Positions 1 to 12,134 of a stretch of DNA of 64,000 bases are shown here, in pieces; position 1 is the stretch's first letter, and each line of letters opens with the position of its first letter. The DNA is from Selaginella moellendorffii. Lineage: Eukaryota > Plantae > Lycopodiophyta. Made by a program: the position numbers and the translations under genes. Where the stretch lies: positions 387,766-451,765 of the forward strand of contig NW_003314286.1 of assembly GCF_000143415.4 (NCBI RefSeq). The letters run 5' to 3'. The notes beneath the pieces were generated by a model, which saw only the letters and a list, made by a program, of their open reading frames with translations, ran no database searches and was not told where the DNA came from.

Positions 1-2601
1 CTTGAGAAGAAAGGTACTAGTTGTTTTATCCCTATTTCTTGCGATTTTATGTATTTGGGGTAAACAGGTCCACCACGCATGGATTCTCCGCCTCTACCTT
101 CTTCTGCCTTCCTCACAACGATGAGTTCTCCAACGTTTACATCCGTTGAAAGAAATGTAGTGTCTCCTCGACCACTGCGGGTGAAAGCGGAAAGATCGTA
201 CAATCTAGACATGTGGACAAGGTCACCAACAAAGTCTGACGTCGAGCCTCTAAGTGGATCCTGGCATATCACTACAAATTCTGGAATGACATTTAGAGGT
301 GAGCTTTGATCATATCATAAGGAAGGTTTTATCCTTGTATGTTCCAGGTGATAGCTTTGCTCCAACGTCCGATGTTTACTTTCCATCTGATCAGGAAGTG
401 TCTGAAACTTCTCCAAGGGAATCAGTGAAACTCTTGCCTATGCCTGAAGTTTTCGACTTCGATAGAGGACTTCTGCTTGCAGTGCAGGCGGTTCAGGCAA
501 GAATTCTGATTTCCGTCTTTAATTTATATGCATTGCTTTTTGCTTCATCTGAATTCAGACCCTTCTAAATAAGAAAGGCGCTCCAATCATCGTCGGTATA
601 GGTATATGTGCATACCTCCTGCTTGTTGTTTCCTGAATGCACTCAATATTTCAGGTGGTCCAAGCGGCTCGGGAAAGACCAGCTTGGCTCACAAAATGGC
701 TAATATTGTAGGCTGTGAAGTGATCTCTATGGAGAATTACTTCAAAACCGAGGAGATAAAAGAGTTCAAGTATGACGACTTCACAACTCTCGATTTGGCA
801 CTTTTGCTGAAGGTATAATTTTTAATATTTGACGTTGCGTTGCTGATTCGTTTTTCTTTTTAAAGAATATTGAGGATGCGAAAACTATGCGACCTACAAG
901 AATTCCAGTCTTCGATTTTGAGAGAAACGTCCGGAGTGGAACAAAGGAATTGGAAGTTTCAGACGAGTGTGGAGTAGTAGGTGTTCATTCGCTTAACAAC
1001 TTTCAGAATATTTACGTTTACTTTTCAGGTAATAGTGGAAGGTGTTTATGCGTTGCATCCAGACATTCGAGGCTTTCTAGACATGTCGATTGCAGTTGTG
1101 AGTACACTGTTCTGTTCTATCTTCTTCTCGTTTTTTGGCTGATTACTTAAGGCAGGTTGGGGGCGTGCATTCACACCTCGTCACACGAGTCATGCGGGAT
1201 CTTGAGCAAACTGGGAGATCAGTTTCGCGACAAGAAGTTATGACTACTGTTTTCCCCATGTTCCAGCAGCATATTGAACCCCACCTCATGCATGCACATG
1301 TAAGCTCGCATCTCACGAATGGCAGGCTAATGATTTCTCTTGTGCGCAGCTCAAAATATGCAATGATTTTGATCCCGTTCATTCTCCCGAAAGTTCCATG
1401 TTCGTTCTAAAAAGCAGCAAGGAGGTATCCCTTTGTTGAGCTCTTTAAAATATGATGTCTGGATATTTTTTTAATAGGTTGCATACGAGGAGATTGCAAA
1501 GGTCTTGGACCGTGACAAAATGACCACCACTGTACAGACGTTTACAGACATCTATTTTCACCTACCTGGACTTCCTTCTACGAATAACCATTACTCTGAG
1601 AGCAAGTGGATACGCGTCCGCAATTGCGAGGGACGTTTTGCTCTGCTCATTAGGGAGGTATGTTTTGTTATCTACGTGGTTCTTTGATTGATGCATTTTC
1701 TACAGCCAATTAGAGAAGGCAATTTCATCATTCAACCAAGAGTTGATTTTGACATCAGTGTAAGGACCGTAGCAGGATTGTTAAGCTTAGGGTGAGTACT
1801 TGATTCCTGATCGTTAATACGTGCTCATGAACTCTATGAACCAGTTACCAGGCTGTTGCTTACATTGAGGCCACTGCAACCATCTACCAAGATGATAAGG
1901 TGCGTCAGTTTTCCAGTGCAGTAGTTTAACGTCCTCATTTGCAGCTTCTGATCGAGGTTGATCATCTAAAGAACATCTCTACTCCGTACATTCAAATCAA
2001 AGGTTCGAACAAAGAAGCTGTAGCAACCGCTGGTCATGCACTTAAGCTGGATGGAAACTACACCACCTCAGTAAGTCAAGCTGTTTGCCATGGCACAGTG
2101 ATCCGTTCTACTGTTTCCATTTTGTGATTCAGCCTTACATAGAGATCATCCTGGCGAACAGACCAGCTTTTGGTGATGGCATCACTGGCGTTCATGACTC
2201 TCAAGCAGCCAGACTCCAGGAGCTAGTGGATTTTGTGCAAGCACAGGTAACTATCGCTTTCCGCAGTTCTAGCGAGGTTTTGTGAAGATGGCTCTGTTGA
2301 ATGGACGGTGTTGCTTTTTGTTAGGACGAAGCCATTCATTATTTCGCATTGCAGGGTGGAAATCCCAGCTCGGAAACACTGGCGAGTCCAGCATTATCTG
2401 TTGAGGGCGTGCTGGATGGTTTCGACGCCAGATTGAAGAGGCTTGAGAGATGGCAAATCATAAACACGGTAGACTCTACGAGTTTCTATGCATGAAAGAG
2501 CTGAATTGTACTCTGCTGCGCAGGTTCTCTGGACATTTTTCGTGTCAGCGTTCATTGGCTACGTACTTTACCAACGATCGGCCAGGCGCCCAAGCAGATA
2601 A
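1..2601 (+). CDS. Uridine kinase-like P-loop + CYTH (triphosphate tunnel) domain protein with C-terminal membrane anchor, At2g01460-like; 5' end outside window, multi-exon
   Basis: Exon peptides GGPSGSGKTSLAHKMANIVGCEVISME (Walker A), VGGVHSHL, WIRVR..EGRFALLIRE and LLIEVDHL..PYIQIKG. Last exon VLWTFFVSAFIGYVLYQRSARRPSR* with TAA at 2599-2601. Introns ~50 nt GT/GC-AG. Confidence 0.85.
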
Positions 2602-3199
2602 GATTCATTTTCTTCTTTGCTGAGGAGGTAAAAGAACGGAAACTCTGTAAGTTCTCGCATTTGGAACACGCAGCAACCAATGGCAGCATGTTTTCAAAAC
2701 TTCACTGTTTAAGCTTAGTAGCGCTAGTGCCGCCCGAGGGATTCAAACACGTTACATCGAGCTCAGCACTGGAAGTCGTAGCAGCAAGGTAGCTGTTGTT
2801 TACATTGTTGCATTTACTTACTACTATAGATCAAGGAACACAGCGTTGATCAGGACTTTGTCCAGAAATTCCAGCGCAACGACAGAGATTTTTAGCAGCG
2901 ATGAGGATGACCAAGGTGATTGGATCCTCCACCCGGCTTGGCTGCTCGGATGGGACGCCGAGACGTCGAGCGGAGTTCGTGCGCGGTCACAGCGATTCTT
3001 GGTGGACACGGCGAGTGGAAGCACTTGGAGGAGTGTAATGATGTTTGTGAGCATTGACTGGATCCAGCCACTGAGGACTTTTGAGGACTGTGCTACGAGC
3101 CGATTTGAATGCGTGAGATTATTCTCTAGTTTATTCTCTTTGAGCGGTTATGATCTGTCGCTTTGAATGGTTGGGATTTGTCTTGTCAAAGAAGAACCC

Positions 3200-4945
3200 T
3201 ATGGCGGATCCACTGAGGGACTTGTGGGATTTGCCATTGAGCAAGGATGAGAAGCGCCAGCTCGCTGTGAAGCTGGGCATGCTGCAGCTGGAAGGGAAGA
3301 ATCCCTCTGTGTTCTTCCTGGCTCCCACGCCGGAGGAGAAAGCGGACGTGCTCAGGAGCTTTCTCAAAGGTATTTTTACACTCGCGGGCCTCTGACGATC
3401 GGCATGCTCTCTCTCCAGAGTGTGCGCCTCGAATTGCCGATGAGGATTCCATGGATGTCACGTACAAGACTCTCGCCGAGTTTTGCAAACCAACGGTCCC
3501 CGAGCTCCAAGGCTTGAAAGAGTTTCTCCTCAAGAAGCCCGATGGTTGCATAATTCGCGTGAGTCCCAGGACATACAAGCGGGTCCGTGACTACGATTTG
3601 CAGGGCCTCTTTGAGCCTTCGAATGGAGATCGCTGCTTCGCGCTCGAGGAGCATCTCGCCGGCTGTGTACTCCAACCAGAAACAGGCCTGTCTACATACA
3701 GATTCTCTCTTTCACTGACAGGGTGTTCTTGTGCTCGTTCCAGGTGCTTCAAGGCTCTCGTTCGTTCATGCCTGGGACAACCTGATCAACAAGTCTTTGC
3801 GACTGTTCTTGAGCTTGAGCTTCACCAAGGACCGTAATACGAATACTGCAATTCCCTCGCTTGTTGGATATGTGGGTGATCGCTGGTCGCTCTGGACAGG
3901 CGAAGAGGGAGGGGCTGGCAGCAGTAGTCAGCTCTTTAACAAGCGGAAGTGGTACTACAAGACAATCCCTTACATTCTCGGCTACCACGCAAGCGGCCTC
4001 GCAGTGACGCTGGTTGCGCTTTATAATAGTCGTGGGGATGGTCGTGGAGAGGCCTCGAGCATGGCTTTGGCAAACTTCAACTTGCACGACCTTGATGAAA
4101 GGATCAGACTGTTCATGGTTATGCTCAACATCGCTCGCGTGCTGGGAGGTTTGCACGAGATTTGTGTGAAGAACAACGAGGGGAGCGAGTTTGAGCTTGT
4201 GAAAGCCATAACGACCGGGAAATCGGTGACGCTGGCCGGAGATCTGGTTGTTAAAGGCTACCAGACGGAGGAGAAGAGGATGAAAGTCTGGAAGGTATAC
4301 TCCGCTCTCCGGGGCTGCCCAAACATGGAGAAGTGCTTGAGCGGGAAGCCAGCATACCAAAAGATCAAGCGGAGGGCGACCGGCGAGTACACGCTCAGGT
4401 TCTCTCCTCGCCTAAGCAGGACTGCTCGGGCGACAACGCAGGAATCACTCGTGAGAGCTCTCCTCGACGTCGCTGGAGCTCTGGCGTGGCTCCGGCGAAA
4501 GGGATGGATCCACAGGGACGTCCACTGGGGGAACGTGGCGTGGGACGAGGCAACCGGGGCGTGGACGCTGATCGACGCGGAGGAGGCGTGCACGGTTGAG
4601 CAGGCGGCACGAGCGGCGCATCCGTTGAACTCGCAGAGCCACGCGCCTGAGATGCTATCAGGTTGCCATGGTACTGCAGTCGACGTCTGGGGTTTGGGCT
4701 ATCTCATCAGGACCGCCAGTGACGTGAGCGTTGCGAGTAAGCTCGTGGATGATACCCTCTGGGAGCTCTCGGAGAAGTGTATGGCCATGGATCCTGCGGA
4801 GAGACCGAGCATAGCCCAGTGCCAAAGCAAGCTCGAAAGTTGTCTGGAGAAGATATTGTCAGATGAGTGTATGAATGTGTATAAACGGGCAAGACTAGTG
4901 GAGAGTAGTAATTCATTGTTCAAAACACGTTGGGTGGCGCAGTAA
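3200..4945 (+). CDS. Crinkler (CRN)-like protein: short N-terminal header, degenerate REase-like domain, C-terminal protein kinase fold; predicted exons 3200-3369, 3419-3685, 3744-4945
   Basis: GT-AG intron 3370-3418 and GC-AG intron 3686-3743 join three ORFs in frame (..FLK-ECAPR..; ..LQPET-GASRLSFVHAWDNLI..). Kinase motifs VVK, HRDVHWGN, LIDAE, HAPE, DVWGLG. The upstream SFxxxWD..RNTNT..P..GEE pattern resembles CRN REase-kinase proteins. Confidence 0.7.
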
Positions 4946-5198
4946 TTCATCGAGGAGACTTTAGTAAATGTAAACACGTAATAATGTAGATTAAACCACG
5001 TCAACAGGGTGGCGTGCAAACTCATTCATACTGTTTCTTGCCGGCTTCTTGGTCAAAGTAAACTTCAAGATGAACTTGCACAGGGGTCAAGGAGCACGCG
5101 TTAATTAACGAGAGGACGCTCCTCCGTATAAATTCCAAGCCTTGGGCTCCAAGCATAACGACCATCATATAAGTATCTACAATCAAGATGCAATCAAA

Positions 5199-5553
5199 AT
5201 GATGATCCTGGTGGTGCTTGTCTCCAGCGCGCTCCGTGGCCTGGATGCTGGCACCGTCTTGTTCAGGGACGCCGAGCTGTCGAGCGGGTGTGGGACGATG
5301 ACATGCCCAATCCCGGCGTGCGTGATTCTGGTGACCAAGGTCCACGGCTGCACGGGGGGCCAGACGGTCTCGGTGAACTGCGGAGAGTGGAGGCATTTCG
5401 AGGAGTTTAACAAAGTTTGCCAGGGAGGGGCGCTGAGCATCGACTGGGGAATCAAGCCTGAGGCTCCAATTCAGGAACAGCGCCGGGGACTTTGAAGAGT
5501 GTTTGCTCAAGAGTGGTTTCAATGGTGCCAAGTTTGGGTGTAACATGGGCTAA
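5199..5553 (+). pseudogene. Small secreted Cys-rich protein, copy 1 (frameshifted near 5455)
   Basis: Near-identical to the copy at 7110-7478. About 2 nt are missing at ATCAAGCCTGAGG versus ATCGAGCCGCTCAGG, which shifts the last ~30 codons. The original C-terminus (..GCNMG*) is still present with TAA at 5551-5553. Confidence 0.75.
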
Positions 5554-5660
5554 AACTTTGCCACGCTCATGGTATCCAAATGACAAATAATCTATGTATG
5601 AATCGTATATAGTTCATTTAGATTACTTGGAATCATGGTCAGGATCGCTAAGCGGTTCCT

Positions 5661-6100
5661 TCATCAAGATGAGGCCGACCGGCGAGTACACGCTCATCTT
5701 CTCTCCAGGCGACAATTCATGAATCACTCGTGATGCTCTCCTCACGTCGCTGGAGCTCTTGATCCTGGCGTGGGAGGCAGCCGGGGCGACGCGGAGGAGG
5801 AGCGTGCATGGGGGCGCGTGGCTCTGCGAGTTCAAGGGATGCGCTCCTGCTTGAGATGCTACCGGGTTGCCACGGTACTGCAATCTCATCAGGACCGCTA
5901 GTGACGTAAGTGTCGCGAGGAAGCTCGTAGATGATACCCCCTGGGAGCTCTCGGATGGATCTCGCGGAGAGACCGAGCAGAGCCCAGTGCCATAGCCTCG
6001 AAAGTTGTCTGGAGACGATATTATCAAATGTATGCTTAGCTGGGGTAACTTAATTCGTGATTTTAAACCATGAAACCAGCAGTAATTCATTGATGTCGAT
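5661..6100 (+). pseudogene. Degraded duplicate of the 3' half of the CRN-like kinase gene, with an internal ~40-bp inversion
   Basis: Collinear matches to 4364-4950 (e.g. GACCGGCGAGTACACGCTCA, CTCATCAGGACCGC, GAAAGTTGTCTGGAGA). Segment ~5813-5852 matches 4600-4646 as reverse complement. Confidence 0.8.
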
Positions 6101-6320
6101 TAAACCCATGCAATTACCGTATATTCATGCACCCAATTCCCATATATGCAACCATGAGCTAGATTAAAGCCCATGCTGTCGTAAGAATTTATAGAAATGC
6201 AAAAAAGTAGTAATCTAGATTTCAGAAACTGTTTCTATAAGGCGGTTGCCGGAGTCAAAGTAAACTTTCAAGCATGAACTTGCACAGGGGTCAAAGGAAC
6301 ACGCGTTAAGTAATGCTTCA

Positions 6321-6507
6321 GATGTCGATCAAAATACTGATCCTGGTGTTGCTCGTGTCTACCGAGCTATCCAGCGGGTGTGGGAGAATGACGTGCCCGA
6401 TCCCGGCGTGCGTGATTTTGGTGAACAAGGCCCACGGCCTGTCGGTGAACTGTGGCGATTCCAGGAGTTTAGCAGGGCGGAGGGCTGGAGCATATAATGA
6501 TCTTTAA
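6321..6507 (+). pseudogene. Small secreted Cys-rich protein, copy 2 (internally deleted relic)
   Basis: MSIKILILVLLV..ELSSGCGRMTCPIPACVILVNKAHG matches the other copies with several deletions. Shares the upstream block GAACTTGCACAGGGGTCAA..CACGCG. Confidence 0.75.
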
Positions 6508-7109
6508 CACAGTCATTTGAATCCCTGATAAAGAATATTCTCTTCTTATGTAAATCTTTGTGATTGGTTACGATTCATTCTTCCCAGAAAACGTGTATGA
6601 TGTTCTGTTCATTTCAGATTACTTGGAATTCACAATACGTTACTTTGGCCTGACAACGAACAAAAACTAAACAACTTGCTCTCGCATAAAATTTAAAACC
6701 CGGGATACGATAGCATGGAATTCAGCGCAGATGAATGATAGCCTTGCGCCAAGATTTCTTCGGCAGCGATCCACCCAGTTGAATCTGCCAATGTAACTGT
6801 GGATGCTTTGACACGGCAACTCGACATAGTGATTAGGTGTAGACTAACTACATTAAAGACCATGCAGCCATGAATTTCTAACCACGTAGTAATCTAGATT
6901 TAAAACGCAGTAATTTCTCATGCAACCACGTTGCAAACTATTCCCCGAGTGAAAGTAGAATTCAAAGTCAAGCATTCATATCCGCGAACTTGCGCAGAGG
7001 CCAAGGAGCACACGCGTGTTATGTAACGTTAGGATGCTCCTGCGTATAAGTTCCAAGCCTTGGCTCCAACCGAGAAGCATAACGAGCATCATATATCAAG
7101 ATGTGCGGG

Positions 7110-7478
7110 ATGTCGATCAAAATGGTGATCCTGGTGGTGCTCGTCGCCATCGGGCTGCGCGGGCTGGATGCTGGCACCGTCTTGTTCAGGGACGCCGAGC
7201 TGTCGAGCGGGTGTGGGAGGATGACGTGCCCGATCCCGGCGTGCGTGATTCGGGTGGACAGCGTCCACGGCTGCACGGGAGGGCAGACGGTCTCAGTGAA
7301 CTGCGGCCAGTGGAGGCACTTCCAGGAGTTCAACGATGTTTGCCAGGGCGGGGCGCTGAGCATCGACTGGGGGATCGAGCCGCTCAGGCTCCAGTTCAGG
7401 AACAACGCCGGGGACTTTGAGGAGTGCTTGCTCCAGCAAGATTTCAATGGCGCCGAGTATGGATGTAACATGGGCTAG
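7110..7478 (+). CDS. Small secreted 8-cysteine protein of unknown family, intronless (copy 3, intact)
   Basis: Signal-peptide-like MSIKMVILVVLVAIGLRGLDA followed by a ~100-aa mature domain with 8 Cys. GC-rich coding sequence, TATA-like GTATAAG near 7044, and two paralogues nearby. Confidence 0.75.
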   Translation: MSIKMVILVVLVAIGLRGLDAGTVLFRDAELSSGCGRMTCPIPACVIRVDSVHGCTGGQTVSVNCGQWRHFQEFNDVCQGGALSIDWGIEPLRLQFRNNAGDFEECLLQQDFNGAEYGCNMG

Positions 7479-7778
7479 GACTTTATAGTCACTAGAACCA
7501 AAGACTATACAGCTTGTACGGTATGATATCTCTGCTTGTTCTTTGTCTAATATCATACAATCACAAATATTAATCTAATAATCTTAGATTGATTACATGA
7601 CCATCATGGTGTGAGGAATTCACAAAAATGTTTGCGTCTGATACTTTGGTTTTTGCTAGAGGATCGATTGGAGCTTCCAGATTAGTGCGCAATGTGATCG
7701 ATTGCATTGATAGGCAAAATCTGGTGTCCAGTATAAATGTACAAGGAGAGACGAGGAGGTCTCCCTTCGTCTTATACT

Positions 7779-10700
7779 TTATAATGCGCTCTCCAGGAGC
7801 TCCATCTCGGGCGTTTTGTATCTGCAAACCTTTCACGCGTGAGATTATCTATCATCGCGCTGTCTAAGCGTACCTTTTCCTGGCGGAAGATTCACTTTCC
7901 AAGCTCTACGCAAGCACAAAGAAGACTCAAAGAGTGAGATATTGCATGGATAGAATTACCTCTGGAAGTAAGTCCTTGCGGGTGATTACACCGAGTATCC
8001 TAGAAGGCCGGGGTACAACGCAGACGTGACGAAGTCCCAGCTGTCGAAACAGGTTGTAGACCTGGAAAGCAAAGAGTGTGAGGATTCACGGCGGTGTGTA
8101 GTGTCGAGAATTTACCTTCGTGAGGGACATGTCCTCGGAAACTATGTAAGGCGAGGGATTTACAAACGGTTGTAAATCCAAATACATCTCCATTTCTACC
8201 GCTGTGAGATTGACGTCGAATATTGACAGACCCTTGCTAGACACGGGCTTTACAAAATCTGTGACGCTATACCTGCCAGTATCAAGAAAAACTTTAGTGG
8301 AAGGTATGCTGAAAGAATGCTTACTTGTTTTTGGTACGATTTTCATGTCCGGGAGTCGGACCGTGTTGAAAATCTGCTTTAGTTTGCAACACCACCAACA
8401 AATGGCTGCAAACGAGCATTATAGCCACGCAAAAGTATCTACATGCAACTTACCTCCGCAGTACGAGGCCAATAACTGCCGTTTCCCCGTTTTGAAGTTG
8501 CTCTATCACCTGCAAATGAAAATCAGCAACGCACTGGTCGATTCGTAATATTACATACCGGAAATCCATTGTGACTGACGCTACGTAAAACTGAAACGAT
8601 AGATCCCACTTTTGAAACTCGAGGGAAACTGACGACCTGCAAGACGACTTTAAAGACAAGAGCTAAGACAGTTCAGATTTACCTTGCTAGTGTGAAGGGC
8701 ATCCTTGGCAGACAGTTTTCTCAGAAATCGTTTGGGACGAGATTCAAGCAGGGGTATTTGTCGTAGATACGCTTGTTGCTCATAAAATCCCATATTAAAG
8801 GCATCTCCAACAGCCTGTAGAATGAGATACTTTAAGTTTCCATTTAGAAATGTATGTCCTTTTACCTTTGATATAAGAAGCACAAGCATTATCAATGGCA
8901 GGAGCTGCAGGTTGTTTGTGATCTCTACCATGATCACACACAACGATACAGTCATCCGCATGGAACCACCAAGAAAAGAAGCTGCTCCCAACAAAGCATA
9001 TCTGCATGGAAAACGAAAGCAGAAAGGATATGAGTGGAAAAAACTAAATAGCTCACGTTCCCTCGTCAATTCCGTCTTTCTTATACAGATTGACCACAAG
9101 CATCCCCACAAGGCGTCCATAAGTGGCTCCTATCATTATTCCGGGAACGAATTGGCCGGCAGGAACAGCTGTTCCGTAAGTTATAGTAGCAAGAAAGAAG
9201 AACAAAGCCTAAAATGCAAGGAGTTAGCATTCTTTCCGTGCCACTAAAGAGACTCTTACCAGGAACGTAAGTAAACTACGCGCACTGTACTCGTGAACAG
9301 TCTTCGTACTAAACAGGTTGCGAATGGCATCGTCCTAAAATTAATCCTCAATAAGAGCAGACAATATAAGGAAAAGAATAATAGAAAGGAAAACTTACGG
9401 GAGTATTGAAAAAAATCGTTGCAAGATCATTGTATTGGGAATCTTTAGGACAGTTAAACTAGAAAGAAAAGGGATTAGACTTGAAACAGAACGGGCTTGG
9501 AACTTACAAGAACATAATTTCCATAATGTTGCTGAGGTCGAGGGCAAACAATGTCTGGATATTTAACAGGATCGGGGCATGGAGTGCACTTGTTCAGCAG
9601 AGGTATACCAAAGGACAGCATAGACGTAATCAAAGACACCAAGCAGACCTCAATAATCTGCACAAAAGTTTATTCATGTAAGATTATCTCAAATGTTGTC
9701 AGTACCTTCACACGGTTTCCTCTCTTGTGTAGCACATTCCGACGATACGAAGAAAGCATATAAGTTAGTTGATTGAAGAGTGCGCCTGTAAGGGAACGTC
9801 ATAAGCTACACGGAGGAGATCTTTCTTACCTAGCAATCCTCCTATAACGCCAAGTAGTGCCATTGGCCAGAGTTCGTAAAATGAGTAATCTTCTTGACCA
9901 CTACGGACTAGTGTGAGCTTTGATCTGGAAAAGTAAAAAGCAGCTTACCCAGATGTATCCCATATAATAAAGCCACCAGAGCCAAAATGACCGCAATTTC
10001 CATGAGTACACCATCCCATTGCAGTTCGAACCATAACAGCAACAATAGCTGAGGTAAAAAAGACGCGCCAAAGCAATTGACTCCGCCACCTGAATCGCGA
10101 TGCTTTGAAATAAGACACAAGAAATAAAAGCTTTTCAAGCGTACCATGACGTAACTTCTTCAAGAGCGAAAAGCACTCCTCCTACCGGAGCTCTAAATGC
10201 TGCAGATACACCAGCAGCACATCCACACGTCACCTAAGCAAGGCTCCCAAGTTGAGAAAAACGATTGAATGCTTTTTAACACTTACAAGATCACGTCTGT
10301 CCCGATCGTTCTTAAACATTCTGATCCATCTCGAGTTGAGATAATATTTGGTAGAGCCTCCCTGTTCATTAGTCATCACTGTTAGAAGATCCTCACCTTA
10401 GCTAAGCATCGAGTGAAGTTTACCTGTCCGATCAGCGAGGCAATGCAAGCACCCGTGTGCACGAGAGGCCCCTCTTTACCCAAAGCTAATCCTCCCCCAA
10501 CAGAACCAATGCTTCCAAGTATCTGCAATGAGAAAAACCTTGAAAAATCTATACGAACGACGCCAAAGAACTTACTTTTCCGACAAGAGTTCGGAACAAA
10601 AGAATTCCTGGCGTATCTATGCCTGATGACCACCGCATTAGCAGACTCGTTAACCATCGACTAGCTACAAGACTTACCTACCGTTTAGATATCCTTTTAG

Positions 10701-11283
10701 TTCTGGAATGCCAGATCCAGCCGCAGCTGGAGCAAAGCTTGTGACAATGTACACGGAGGAGAAGACCAACGCAACGTTGAACAAGGCATAGATGACAAAG
10801 CCTGCAAGATAGGAATGCCTCATTATCGCAAATGTAGCGAGGAACTTCCACCCCGAGAAATTCTCTACGGCGACATTGATCGCGAAAGCTGAGAGGCCAG
10901 TCCCTGGTTGCATCGATTCCATCAAAATCCGGACAAGTCGAGCAACTTCCACTCACCTACACCGATAAATAGAGCAAACAGCCACTTCAATGTCACATAC
11001 GATCCCAGCTGCCACCAGCCCTTCATCGCCTGCCACGATCCAGCCGACAGATCTGTGAGACAAATGGGAAGCAATTTCGAACAGATCTCACCTGATCGTC
11101 ACGGTATGCGACGCTCTCAATGACCTCGTAATCCAAGCTCTCGACGACGCTGGAAGCTTCATTCGCGGCATTCCACTCGTCGGCTGCCACAGCTCCAGCA
11201 GCATCGTCGGAGAGAGGCGAATCGGTGGTGAGGAGGCGCGACCACATGAGGCCTGTAGCGCCTTCGCCAGACTCCACATCCAT
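7779..11283 (-). CDS. CLC-d: CLC chloride channel/Cl-/H+ antiporter, CLC-d type, multi-exon
   Basis: SLDYEVIES, GSGIPE (Ser selectivity), GKEGP (gating Glu), GGVLFALEE (proton Glu), GGSMRMTVSLCVI, and CBS region VYNLFRQLGLRH..VITRKDL. Start ATG at 11283 (MDVESGEG). Last exon and stop at 7779 are less certain. Confidence 0.9.
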
Positions 11284-12134
11284 GAGCGAAGCAGAGCGCG
11301 TCCGCAAAAACCCTAGCTCGCCCTGGACAGAGTCCACAGTGAAAGAGCGCTTTCCTTTCCCTGTAGTCTTGTGGACGGTCCAGATGCAAGATCAAGTGAA
11401 ATGAAATAGACTTGTTTACAAAAATAGTGCTGTGATTTCTCCTTCTTGCGTGAAAGCTTGCTGGATTTGCCATCACAGAAAGTCATATTGATAGATAATT
11501 ATAAATACTTCTATTACTTTGAAGAAACTCAACCCCCCAAACCTAAAACATTCCAGTCAAGTGGGAGTCAAATGTGAGTTAAGTGGGAATACTAATTTGG
11601 ATTGAAAATTTGTGACTCCACGACTTTGTAACCATAACAATATCACTCCACTCACACATCCAATCTAACAACCTGAATACACATGATCACGTGTGGCTTT
11701 ATAGGCATGGGATAGGGATCAATTACAGTGTGTAGCTGCGAAACACTGCATATTATTGCCATGTATCACCAATGCCAGGGTGATTGGTGAGACTGTCAGC
11801 GTCATGGAGGAGAGTGGGGGTGCAATCTATATGCAGCCAAGATGCTAATACACGAGGAGATTCCTTCAAGAGCATAGGTTGGAAGGGAATGTAATTCTAT
11901 AGCAAATTCTTCAATAATGGGAAAACTTTATAATATGGGGTTGTTGATGAAGCAGGATATTAGTAGTTCCATTAACTCACATTTATCCCAAGATCCTAAG
12001 TGAAGATCCTATTGCATTCACTAAGAGCCACATTCAACTACTATTATGTGTATGTTTTTCTTAAGCTATACATTTACTACAAAATGACATTATTGAATTT
12101 TATTGACATGTTTCACTATTCCAAGGGGAGAGAT

